From Candidatus Latescibacterota bacterium (GTDB lineage: Bacteria; Latescibacterota; UBA2968; UBA8231): a stretch of DNA of 64,000 nt. Where the stretch lies: the NCBI GenBank assembly GCA_965243025.1, contig CBDETY010000003.1:6624001-6688000 (forward strand), written 5' to 3'. Of the stretch, positions 19,614 through 28,710 are shown one piece after another. The notes under the pieces are model-generated. The model ran no database searches, had not been told where the DNA came from, and saw nothing but the letters and a program-made list of their open reading frames with translations. Position numbers and translations under genes: made by a program. Position 1 is the stretch's first letter. Each line of letters starts with the position of its first letter.

Positions 19614-20564
19614 ATGAAAACCATGAAGGGCCTTCTTTCGCTCAGTCTCATCCTGGGCCTCAGCGCCGCCTCGGCGCACGAGCCTCCGGGTGTGACGTAC
19701 TTCGCGGTCGCGTTCCCGACCCACGCCATCCCGGCCATCGATGGCGATCTCAGCGATTGGGACATGGTTCCGGAGTCGTACTGGGTGACTCGCGAGAATG
19801 ACTTCGAAGAGACGGTGATCGGAAACGATACCGAAGTCAGGCTCGACGATTTCAACGTCAAGCACATCCTCGGCTGGAACGAGGAGACCAACCGTCTCTA
19901 CGTGACCGCCGACGTGTTCGACGACTACTTCAAGAGGGACAAGGAAGATCCCTCGGGCGTCGACTGGGATGACGGTTTCGACTTCATCGTCGATGCCGAC
20001 CACAGCGGCGGCGACCTGTGGAACGGTGACTGGCACGCAGAGGAACACGACGACCAGATCGACCTGATCTTCGTCTCGGGCCAGAACTACCGCTACTACA
20101 CCCCGCCCCTCGACGGCTACTACATCTTCATGCTCGGCCGCGGTTTTGTCGGAAACGACAACTTCCTGACCACCGGTCGCGAGATCCTGACTCCCCAGTA
20201 CCTCGAGGTGGGTTGGACGGTCAATGCCGAGCTCTACGAATCCGGCAGCCGCACCTACGAGATGATGGTCACCCCGTGGGAGAACCTGTACCGCGGTGAA
20301 GACGGCGAAGCCCGCAGCACGATCGTCGATCTGGAAGTGGGGCGTATCCTCGGCATCGCCTACATGTTCAAGGACTTCGACGTACCCGTCGAAGGCGAGC
20401 GCTACTCGGCTTCGTACGATTTCCCGCCGTTGCACGACACCTGGCGCAACAGCAGCCTGCTCGCCGACTTCGAGTTGCTCGAAATCGAAAGTGACCTGTG
20501 GCCCACCGCTGTCGAGACCGACACCTGGGGTCGTATCAAGTCCGATTTCCTCATCGAGGAGTAA
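19614..20564 (+). CDS. Secreted acidic protein, possible CBM9-like fold, C-terminal TWGRIK tail
   Basis: GAGGAG RBS; signal peptide ending ASA-H; PAIDGDLSDW, VDADHSGG, YEMMVTPW; ends PTAVETDTWGRIKSDFLIEE. Confidence 0.8.
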   Translation: MKTMKGLLSLSLILGLSAASAHEPPGVTYFAVAFPTHAIPAIDGDLSDWDMVPESYWVTRENDFEETVIGNDTEVRLDDFNVKHILGWNEETNRLYVTADVFDDYFKRDKEDPSGVDWDDGFDFIVDADHSGGDLWNGDWHAEEHDDQIDLIFVSGQNYRYYTPPLDGYYIFMLGRGFVGNDNFLTTGREILTPQYLEVGWTVNAELYESGSRTYEMMVTPWENLYRGEDGEARSTIVDLEVGRILGIAYMFKDFDVPVEGERYSASYDFPPLHDTWRNSSLLADFELLEIESDLWPTAVETDTWGRIKSDFLIEE

Positions 20565-20609
20565 TCTCGAGGGGGTAATGAGGTAACGAGTAGAGGACGC
20601 AGTAACTTG

Positions 20610-20650
20610 CAGGGGGGGCTCTGACGATTGGGGCCCCCCCTGTTCTCTTT
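20610..20650 (+). terminator. Probable intrinsic terminator/attenuator after the TWGRIK gene
   Basis: CAGGGGGGGCTC-loop-GGGCCCCCCCTG stem followed by TTCTCTTT. Confidence 0.6.
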
Positions 20651-23473
20651 ATGCAGGCATTGCCGTTCAACATGGAAATGTGTCATTCGCGCCTGAATCG
20701 GATCAGACCGGACGGGGGTGCGAGAAACGCAGGACTGACGATCGCCTCCAGGGCGCAGTTCGTACGTCCTTTTTCTTTCGCCGCTGCCCTGGCTGTCATT
20801 GCATCGTTTGCGGGCGAGCTTTCCGCCCAGCTCGGATACAGCATCCGGGGAAACGAAATCGTCGTTGACCGCAGCTCCCACTGGGAGCAGTGGGCCGTCG
20901 CCGGAGGCACTGCGGAAATAACCGGGGATGGCTCGGTCGGACCTCGTTTCATGCGGAAGGAAATCAACGCTGCCCTGAATGCCACGGAGTTCGAGAACGA
21001 GGCCCAGGGAGCGGCCTTCGACGATGGACCGGGAGGGGTCAGCGCGGGATCCAACGGCAGCGAGGCCCGGTTCCTGATCGACGGCGACCCGGCGACGACC
21101 TGGGGGCCCGATACGGACAGGCCCTTGTCCGAATGGTGGGCGGAGGTGAACCTCGGGCGCATAGTAGTCGCCAACAGAGTGGTGGTGCGCTTCGCGGAGG
21201 AAGGGGAAGGGGATCCGTTCCTGCAGTTCAAGGTCCTGGCCTGGCGCCACGCTCCTCCCAGGGGGGCCCCCGAGCTCTGGCTTAACGGTGCTCCGGACAT
21301 ACCCAAGTACTGGGAGCTGGGAAGGACAGACAAGCCGAACAAAAGCCGGAAGGTGTTCGAGTTTGTTCCGGACCCCGAGGCCAACAACACTTTCCGGCCC
21401 CCGGAGTCCCTGATTCGGGCCAGCAGCAACTTCGCCGGGGATGCCATAGACAGGATCCAGGTCATCGCCACCGACAGCGATTTCGACAGGGCTTCCGAGG
21501 TGTTGCCCGAAGGAGGGATGACCGCAGAGGAAAGGTATCTCGCCCTCCCGGACCACGAGCGGGGTGCAGTCGATCACTACCGGCGCGAACCATCAGGTCG
21601 CGAGACCTTGATCTCCCCCGGCGAGTACGAAAACATCCGGGCGGAACGCCGGGGCTCGATCAGGTATTTCAGGAGAGAGCGCCCGCGAGTCGCCGAGATC
21701 GAGGTCTGGACCTCGGGCGACAACCTGGCGCTTGGAATGGCGGAACGGGGCGGCAGCGTCAACATCGAGTTTCCGAGTCCCGGCCTGGGCTGGAAGGACA
21801 TCACCGCGGTCGCGGTAGACGGCAGGCATTCGACGGCGCACACCGTAACCTTGTTCAGGCACTTCGGTCCGGCCGACTTCGTCGTCGACCTGGGTGCTCT
21901 CTACTGGATCGACACCATGCAGTTCCTGATGGACGGCAAGGACGCGATCGACGAGATGGCCGTGGATGTGTCGGACGGCAGCCGCGCTCCTGACGGCAGC
22001 ATCAAATGGAACCGGGCGGCGGGTGAAGTGACCGGATTGGGGGTGGGAGGAGTGGGATCCCATTTCGGGTACTCCTGCGATCACTGCGCCGGTGAGGGAG
22101 CGCAGAAATTCCGCCAGTACGATATCGAGCCTACCCGGGTGCGCTATCTCAGGGGCACGATCGGCACCCTCAAATCAAACCCGGGAGGAGGCGGGGTTCT
22201 GGGAACGTTCACCGCTTTCGCCGAAATGCTGTTGTACGGGGAAGGTTTCGTTCCGGAACTGGTGATGGATTCCGATCTCATCGAGCTGGGCGGGAGCAAG
22301 AACCTCAGCACGATTTCCTGGGAAGCGGACCTTCCCGGGGGGACCCGCATCGAGATCCAGACCCGTTCCGGGAACGAGTTGATCGAGAATTTCCTCTATT
22401 TCGATTCCAACGGGAATCCCGTGGAACCGGTCGACGATCCCGCGGCGGCAAAGTCGAAATACGACCGCCTTCCGAAGTCGAAGAAAGGGGAGGTAAAAAG
22501 CTTTTTTACACCCGGAGGAGACTGGTCTGCCTGGAGTCCGCCGTACCAGTTCAAGGGGGCCGACATCACCTCCCCGAGCCCCAGGGAGTTCATGCAGATC
22601 CGCGCTACCCTGTTCTCCGCAAGTGCCGACGCGGGTGCCTCCCTGCATTCGATCGCGGTGGATTTTTCCGATCCGGTCGCCGATCGCATGGTCGGCGAAG
22701 TGTTTCCCAGCCAGGTCGTGGATCTGGGAAAACCACTGGATCTGTCCTTCTTCATACGACCCTCGTTTTCCAGCTCCAGACAGCGGTTCGACGAGCTGAG
22801 GATAGAGGCGACCGGGGGGGCCACGATGGAGTTGGTCGAGGCGCTCGTCGGCAGCGACGAAGATTTCGCCGGCGACGCGGCAAAAATTTATCCGGCAGCC
22901 GAGTTGGAGGTGATCGATTCGGCGGACAGCACGTTGTGGTTCCGGTTGCCGGAACCTGTGGAAAGGGGAACCGACCTCGTCGAGGTGCGCTTCAGGCCGA
23001 CGATTTTCTCGACGAGTACTTCGTTCAAGGTGGCCGGACAGAATTCTGAGGAGCCCGGTTTCTGGCAGCGCGTCGACGCCGGCGACGCCACCGAACTGGT
23101 CAACAGCCAGACTACAGCGGTCCTCGCTCTTTCCGGAAACGAGGTTATCAGCAATCTCTCGACAGGTTCGGGGGTTATCACTCCCAACGGCGACGGCATC
23201 AACGACATTATGACCTTCCACTTCACGGTCTCGCGCATCAACAGCGAGCGCGAGGTTACGTTGACGATTTTCGACCTCGGAGGCAGTGTCGTCCGTCAGA
23301 AAATGGAAAAGAGGGTGGATCCGCGTGGTTCCTACGCGGTCTCCTGGCTCGGCGACGACGATTCGCAGTCCCTGGTGCCACCGGGGATCTACATCGCCAG
23401 AATCCGGATCGATGTCGATTCCGCGTCGGCAACCTCGACATCCGCCCATCGGCTGATCCACGTGGCATACTGA
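20651..23473 (+). CDS. Large secreted protein with discoidin/F5-8-like segments and C-terminal FlgD-Ig / T9SS-like CTD (true start may be downstream)
   Basis: Hydrophobic signal FAAALAVIASFAGELSAQ; LIDGDPATTW, VNLGR, AEIEVW, AEMLLYGEGF, WSAWSPPY; ITPNGDGIND...IFDLGGSVVR...VPPGIYIARI...HVAY. Confidence 0.8.
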   Translation: MQALPFNMEMCHSRLNRIRPDGGARNAGLTIASRAQFVRPFSFAAALAVIASFAGELSAQLGYSIRGNEIVVDRSSHWEQWAVAGGTAEITGDGSVGPRFMRKEINAALNATEFENEAQGAAFDDGPGGVSAGSNGSEARFLIDGDPATTWGPDTDRPLSEWWAEVNLGRIVVANRVVVRFAEEGEGDPFLQFKVLAWRHAPPRGAPELWLNGAPDIPKYWELGRTDKPNKSRKVFEFVPDPEANNTFRPPESLIRASSNFAGDAIDRIQVIATDSDFDRASEVLPEGGMTAEERYLALPDHERGAVDHYRREPSGRETLISPGEYENIRAERRGSIRYFRRERPRVAEIEVWTSGDNLALGMAERGGSVNIEFPSPGLGWKDITAVAVDGRHSTAHTVTLFRHFGPADFVVDLGALYWIDTMQFLMDGKDAIDEMAVDVSDGSRAPDGSIKWNRAAGEVTGLGVGGVGSHFGYSCDHCAGEGAQKFRQYDIEPTRVRYLRGTIGTLKSNPGGGGVLGTFTAFAEMLLYGEGFVPELVMDSDLIELGGSKNLSTISWEADLPGGTRIEIQTRSGNELIENFLYFDSNGNPVEPVDDPAAAKSKYDRLPKSKKGEVKSFFTPGGDWSAWSPPYQFKGADITSPSPREFMQIRATLFSASADAGASLHSIAVDFSDPVADRMVGEVFPSQVVDLGKPLDLSFFIRPSFSSSRQRFDELRIEATGGATMELVEALVGSDEDFAGDAAKIYPAAELEVIDSADSTLWFRLPEPVERGTDLVEVRFRPTIFSTSTSFKVAGQNSEEPGFWQRVDAGDATELVNSQTTAVLALSGNEVISNLSTGSGVITPNGDGINDIMTFHFTVSRINSEREVTLTIFDLGGSVVRQKMEKRVDPRGSYAVSWLGDDDSQSLVPPGIYIARIRIDVDSASATSTSAHRLIHVAY

Positions 23474-23639
23474 ATGGGACCGTCTCTTTTGTCCCTGCCG
23501 GCCTGGGAGTGGAACCGGGAGTTCCAATCTGCGGCTCCCGTCGCCGCCACCCATATGCGGCGGTATGCCATGACAACCGCATTTCGATTCCCAGAATCGA
23601 TATTCCCCCGTCAGTCGGGGGAAGGATTCCGACTGTCTC

Positions 23640-25862
23640 ATGAATGCTGAACGAACCGGGCGCGGGGAACCGGCTCGCCGCTCGAGAAACGAGCCTCTTC
23701 TGGGGCTGCTTGCGGGGGTACTGATTGTCGCTTTCTCGGGGGGTGCGGCGAACGGGCGCACGATAGTCTTCGGCGGGGAGAGCGGCATCGAGTGGAGCGG
23801 CGGCGGCGACGGCATCACGCCGGTCTACATCATAGGGTCGCAGGCGATCGAGTCGGGAAACACTCCCGGCGGAGTGATCGACTTCGGCACCAGGGAAGGC
23901 TGGATGTCGCCGGAACTGGCCGACGAGTCAGAGAATATCGCCCTTGGCCTGCTCCAGCGGGGGGGTGTGATTACGGCGCCGAGCGTGCTGGAGAATCTCG
24001 ATACGGTCCTGCCCCTTATGGTCGACGACGACGGCGAGACCGCCTTCGAGAGAAAGGACTCCCCCGGGAGGCAGGTGAACACCCTCGGGGTCGTACTGCA
24101 GTTCGACCTCGGCTCGCAGTTCGGCGTCAGCAGGTTCAAGTTCTTCCCCAGGAACGCCGACCAGGCCTACGCGACCGAGGCGTTTCCGTTCGAAGACGAT
24201 TTCCTGCGGGCGTTCGAGCTGTTTCTCAACGACGGCTCCGACGAAACCCAGATCAGCGGCCGGCCGATATTCGGCCCCGGAGTCCTGCTCGAGCTGCAGA
24301 ACGACAAGCCGGTCGTCGAGCTGGAGATCGAGCCCCAGCTCGTTCGCCACATCCAGCTGAAATCGCATACCACCGTCGATTTCGAAATCGCCGAGTTCCA
24401 GGTTTTCGGGGCCGGGTTCGTGCCCCGGGCGCAGTACCTGACCAACATTCTCGATTTCGGCGAAAACCTCGCCCTCTGGGGCCGGATCCGCTGGGAAGAG
24501 GAGAGCATCGGCGATTCTCTGCGCTCGCGCGTCGAGATCCGCACGCGGACCGGCATCGACGATACTCCGGTAGTCTTCAACCGCCGCCGCCCTGACGAGG
24601 CGCAGGTTCCCTGGGCGGAGGCCGGGGAGTTCGACGAGGGTTCCCGGGAGAGGGAGATCGTCGAGATTCTCGATGCCGAAGACCTCGATCCGCGGGCGGC
24701 CCTGCGGCTGTACAACGAGTTGCCGCTCGATCAGCGGAACGCCATCGCATTGAGTGAAGGGGAGTACGGCCGCCTCAAGTCGGGGGTGAAGGGCCTCGTG
24801 CGGGACGACGTGGACAACTGGAGCACCTGGTCGCCGCCGTACTCCTCGGCGGGGGTCGGAACTGCTTCCCAGATTGCCGCCGGAGAAGGCGGGGTTCCGA
24901 TCGTTTCTCCCGGGCCGGCGCGCTATTTCCAGGTGAGGATCGATTTCGAGAACGACGACCTGTTCTCCGCCAGGAGGGTCGGAGCCCTTTCGATCGACGT
25001 TTCCGGTCCCTCTCTGGCTGAGCGGATCGTGGCTGAAATCAGCCCCCGGGAAGCGGACCTGGGACGCGCCCGGGAGTTCTCCTACACCGTGATACCCGAT
25101 CTGCGTCCCGGGATCGACCTCGGCTTCAGCGCCCTGGAGATTTCGACGCCGGTGCGCGTCCTGTCCATCGGCGAGATCACCTATACACGGCCGGATGGCA
25201 GCACCTCCGCGGAGGAATTCGGGGACGCAGACCTCGAAGCCCTTCCGATCCGCCGCGGAGATCTCAGCATCGACCTGATCGAGGAGACGCGGTTCCGCAT
25301 CGGTTTTCCCACCGTGGAATCCAGCCGCATCGAGGATGGGGAGATGACCGTAATAAAGGTCACTTTCACCTGCCCCGTGCTGAGGGCCGCGACCGCTTTC
25401 TCAGGCAGGGCGCTTCCCGACGCGGCGGAGGGCCTGCCGCAGGAGTTGAGCGGCGGCAACGCCGCCGACATCGCCTCCGCCTCCGGGGGGAAGGTGGTGC
25501 GCAACGCCGCCAACATTGTCGTCCAGGTCCCGATAAAAGGAGCCCTGTTGATCAACGCGGGCGCCACTCCGAAGGTCTTTACTCCGAACGGCGACGGTTT
25601 CAACGAAGCCACGGTCCTCGACTACGACGTGACGAGCCTGATCGGGAGCGCGGATGTAAAGACGCGGATTTACGACCTTTCCGGCCGCCTGGTGCGGGAG
25701 GTATACACCGGCACCGACAAAAGCGGCAGATACTCGCGGAGCTGGGACGGAACCGATGCCTACGGAAACGCAGTGCCGCCCGGCTCCTACCTGTTCAGGA
25801 TATCCGTGGACGCCGACTCCGGGAACGAAGAAACGAGTGGGATAGTAGTCGTGGCGTACTGA
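23640..25862 (+). CDS. Secreted protein with C-terminal FlgD-Ig / T9SS-like CTD
   Basis: Signal peptide; IVFGGESGIEW, FDLGSQF, AEFQVFGAGF, WSTWSPPY, RYFQVRIDF; FTPNGDGFNE...IYDLSGRLVR...WDGTDAYGNAVPPGSYLFRI...VVAY. Confidence 0.85.
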   Translation: MNAERTGRGEPARRSRNEPLLGLLAGVLIVAFSGGAANGRTIVFGGESGIEWSGGGDGITPVYIIGSQAIESGNTPGGVIDFGTREGWMSPELADESENIALGLLQRGGVITAPSVLENLDTVLPLMVDDDGETAFERKDSPGRQVNTLGVVLQFDLGSQFGVSRFKFFPRNADQAYATEAFPFEDDFLRAFELFLNDGSDETQISGRPIFGPGVLLELQNDKPVVELEIEPQLVRHIQLKSHTTVDFEIAEFQVFGAGFVPRAQYLTNILDFGENLALWGRIRWEEESIGDSLRSRVEIRTRTGIDDTPVVFNRRRPDEAQVPWAEAGEFDEGSREREIVEILDAEDLDPRAALRLYNELPLDQRNAIALSEGEYGRLKSGVKGLVRDDVDNWSTWSPPYSSAGVGTASQIAAGEGGVPIVSPGPARYFQVRIDFENDDLFSARRVGALSIDVSGPSLAERIVAEISPREADLGRAREFSYTVIPDLRPGIDLGFSALEISTPVRVLSIGEITYTRPDGSTSAEEFGDADLEALPIRRGDLSIDLIEETRFRIGFPTVESSRIEDGEMTVIKVTFTCPVLRAATAFSGRALPDAAEGLPQELSGGNAADIASASGGKVVRNAANIVVQVPIKGALLINAGATPKVFTPNGDGFNEATVLDYDVTSLIGSADVKTRIYDLSGRLVREVYTGTDKSGRYSRSWDGTDAYGNAVPPGSYLFRISVDADSGNEETSGIVVVAY

Positions 25863-25898
25863 CGAGCGCCGCTTCTGGAAAAAAGGGAGAGTTCCTAT

Positions 25899-28694
25899 AT
25901 GACCGGGATTTTCATGAGGGGGTACGCGCGCCTGCTGATCCCCGTCCTCGCAGCGGCAGTACTGGCGACAACGGTCCTGGCGCAGGACTACGGCGCCCGC
26001 CTGGGGACGAGGCGCGGAGGTACGGTCACCTTCGAACCGCGGGGAGCCGGGGTGCTCTTCGACGCCCTCGACCCGGCGGTAAAGAGGTGGTACGTCCCCC
26101 AGGAGCTCTACAACGAGTACCGCTGGAAGTCCTGGGAGTATTCGAACTACGCCAGGGTTCCCTACCAGCGCTACGTCAACACTGCCCTCGAAGGCGACTA
26201 CTTCTACGACGTGTACGGGAACTACGTCACCAGGGGGTGGCTGATCTACGACTGGAGGCAGGAGGCCAACACCCCGCAGGGCAGCTCGATCTATCAGGAC
26301 GCCAACTACCGCAACTGGTTCAGCAGCCTGGTCGTGGCCTCCGACTCGAAGGGGTCGGTATTCTACTCTCTCACGGTCGGCGATGACATCCGCACGACAC
26401 TGACGCCGCTGACTTTCTCGAAGCCTCGCTACAACGGGATTCAGCTCGATGCGGCGACCGACAAGTACGCGGGAACGCTGTTGCTTTCGCGCGCCAACAG
26501 CCCGATAAACGGATCGGTCACGGTGCCGGATCGCCGCACCAGCTCGACCAATCTGATCGCCGGCCGGGTGACCGCCCAGGTCGGCGACTTCGTCACCGTC
26601 GGCGGCACTCTCGTCAACGCCCACAACTCGCGCTCCAGCCTCGGTGCATTCAGCGGCAATTCCTTCAACGGCACGCTGGCAGAAGGGCAGGGGAGTTCGC
26701 CGGTGACGGCCATCGCCCTGATCCTCAGCGACGATTCACCGGAGGACGGGGAGGCGGGAGCCGCCCTGTTTTCCCACGACGTCAGGGTCGTCCGCCAGGA
26801 TTTCCAGAGCGGGGCCAGAACCACCCTGCGGCTCGCGGACCTGACCAGCGACCCGACCCGTTGGCCGATAATCGAAGGGGGTTTCTTCGAAGAGGGATTC
26901 CTTTCGGCCAATGGCCGGCAGCGAATGGTCATCAACTACGACTTTACCGATCCGGCCTACATCGGACCCGACCCGAGCGAGATCGTCGAAGTCGCTTTCG
27001 AGCTGATACTGGCAAACGACTTCAGGGTCCAGGTCTGGTCCGACCGGCAGACAGGTCAATCGGTCGTGCCGAACGCGCCCCTGACCATCGCCGCCCTCGA
27101 CAACGAGAACCCCGCCCTGCTCGAGGTCGCGCAGGCCTCGGGCAACGTCAAGGACGGCTCCAACCGCCAGCGCGTGGCCTTCGATTACGGGCTTCCGACG
27201 GCGAACCAGATAGCCGGCTTCACCATCGAGCTCACCGACGTCAAGGGGCTCGACGTGTACGCCGAGTACGACGTCAACCACCGCTTCCGGCAGTACCCCA
27301 ACGCCGCCCGCTTCAACGACAACAAAACCTTTTCGACCGCCTCCTCCAGCTCCGAAGCGTGGATGGTGAACGCCTCGTACAAATCCTTTCCGTGGTTCTT
27401 TTTCGGCGAGGCGTTCTCGATGGAGCGCGACTACTCGACGAGCACCTACATCGTCAACATACTCGGCGACGTCGTTTACGACCGGCCCTCGAGCTCCTTC
27501 TACGAATTCGTCGACGACAACGACGACCAGGACCGCTATCCCGACTGGCAGCGGCCGAACCAGGGGGGGCGCGACCTGGAGATTTTCCCGGGCTGGGACG
27601 AGAACAACGACTTCGTCTCCGACTTCAACCAGAACGACAACCGCTCGATCAGCAACCGCCTTCCCGACTACGAGGAACCCTTCCTCAGGTACACCGTCGA
27701 CCGCCCGGAATTCCTGTTCGGCATCGACCTGAACAACAACGGCTGGATCGACCGCTTCGAGAACGACGACGAGCCCGACTACCCCTACAAGCGGGATCAC
27801 AGCGGCTACAACGCCTACGGGGGTGTAAATCTCACCGCTTACGGGCGGGTGACCGTGGGGCAGACCCGGCAGGAGCTGTTGTCGTCGAACCGGAGGAACA
27901 ACACGACCTACGGTCTGGCGAGCTTCGACAGGGATTACTCGGCCCTGGGGCGTCTGCGGATATTCAACATGCTCAAAAGGGTCGAGGACAACATTCCCGA
28001 CGACCGCTTCGAGCCGCAGGCGTTTCTGCTGGCCGGGGCCCCGCGCAACGTCCCCGACATCGTGCCGGCGCCCGACACCTGGGTCAACTCCCTGTGGCTG
28101 GGGTTCGATTACCGGCGAATCTCCAATCTCAACGTGGTCAACAAGGTCAAGCTCGAGACCTATCTGCAGCAGGATGACGATCCGCGGGCCCTGGACGGGA
28201 GCCAGCTCAACAGCGAGTCCGCCTTTTTCGGTGTGGTCAACCGGGCCGATTACACCTACGCGATCGGCGCCTTCATCCTGCAGCCGCGGGTCAAGAGCGA
28301 GTACCTGCGCCAGACCGCGTTCCTGAAGCGCAGCCAGGACCGCAAGGAATGGCGCCGCCTGATCTCTCTGACGGGCAAGACCCCGATCCTGCGGAACTCG
28401 CAGTTGGAGCTGGGGCTGGAGCTGATGCAGCTCGCCGATTTCGAGCTCGACGAGCAGGAGCTTCTCGACCAGAACACGATCGGTCCCACCGGAGACCTCA
28501 CCGAGACGAACCTGGCCCTGCAGTGGTCGACGCGAACCGACTACCAGGGGTACAAGCTGTTGCTGCAGACCGGGTTCAGGCTGACGCGGGCGGCGATCGA
28601 GACGATCGAGATCCGGGAACTGGAAACGGTGAAGAGGGAGGAATCAGAAACTACGGGCACCACTTTCCTGACCATTTACGCCGGTCTGGAATGA
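25899..28694 (+). CDS. ~930-aa exported protein, putative outer-membrane beta-barrel with acidic Ca-binding-like loops (paralog A)
   Basis: Signal peptide (VLA-QDYG); alternating aromatic/polar strands; DDNDDQD, DENNDF, DLNNNG motifs; ends TTFLTIYAGLE; colinear with 28711..31485. The barrel is inferred. Confidence 0.7.
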   Translation: MTGIFMRGYARLLIPVLAAAVLATTVLAQDYGARLGTRRGGTVTFEPRGAGVLFDALDPAVKRWYVPQELYNEYRWKSWEYSNYARVPYQRYVNTALEGDYFYDVYGNYVTRGWLIYDWRQEANTPQGSSIYQDANYRNWFSSLVVASDSKGSVFYSLTVGDDIRTTLTPLTFSKPRYNGIQLDAATDKYAGTLLLSRANSPINGSVTVPDRRTSSTNLIAGRVTAQVGDFVTVGGTLVNAHNSRSSLGAFSGNSFNGTLAEGQGSSPVTAIALILSDDSPEDGEAGAALFSHDVRVVRQDFQSGARTTLRLADLTSDPTRWPIIEGGFFEEGFLSANGRQRMVINYDFTDPAYIGPDPSEIVEVAFELILANDFRVQVWSDRQTGQSVVPNAPLTIAALDNENPALLEVAQASGNVKDGSNRQRVAFDYGLPTANQIAGFTIELTDVKGLDVYAEYDVNHRFRQYPNAARFNDNKTFSTASSSSEAWMVNASYKSFPWFFFGEAFSMERDYSTSTYIVNILGDVVYDRPSSSFYEFVDDNDDQDRYPDWQRPNQGGRDLEIFPGWDENNDFVSDFNQNDNRSISNRLPDYEEPFLRYTVDRPEFLFGIDLNNNGWIDRFENDDEPDYPYKRDHSGYNAYGGVNLTAYGRVTVGQTRQELLSSNRRNNTTYGLASFDRDYSALGRLRIFNMLKRVEDNIPDDRFEPQAFLLAGAPRNVPDIVPAPDTWVNSLWLGFDYRRISNLNVVNKVKLETYLQQDDDPRALDGSQLNSESAFFGVVNRADYTYAIGAFILQPRVKSEYLRQTAFLKRSQDRKEWRRLISLTGKTPILRNSQLELGLELMQLADFELDEQELLDQNTIGPTGDLTETNLALQWSTRTDYQGYKLLLQTGFRLTRAAIETIEIRELETVKREESETTGTTFLTIYAGLE

Positions 28695-28710
28695 TGGAGG
28701 CCCTGGCAGC

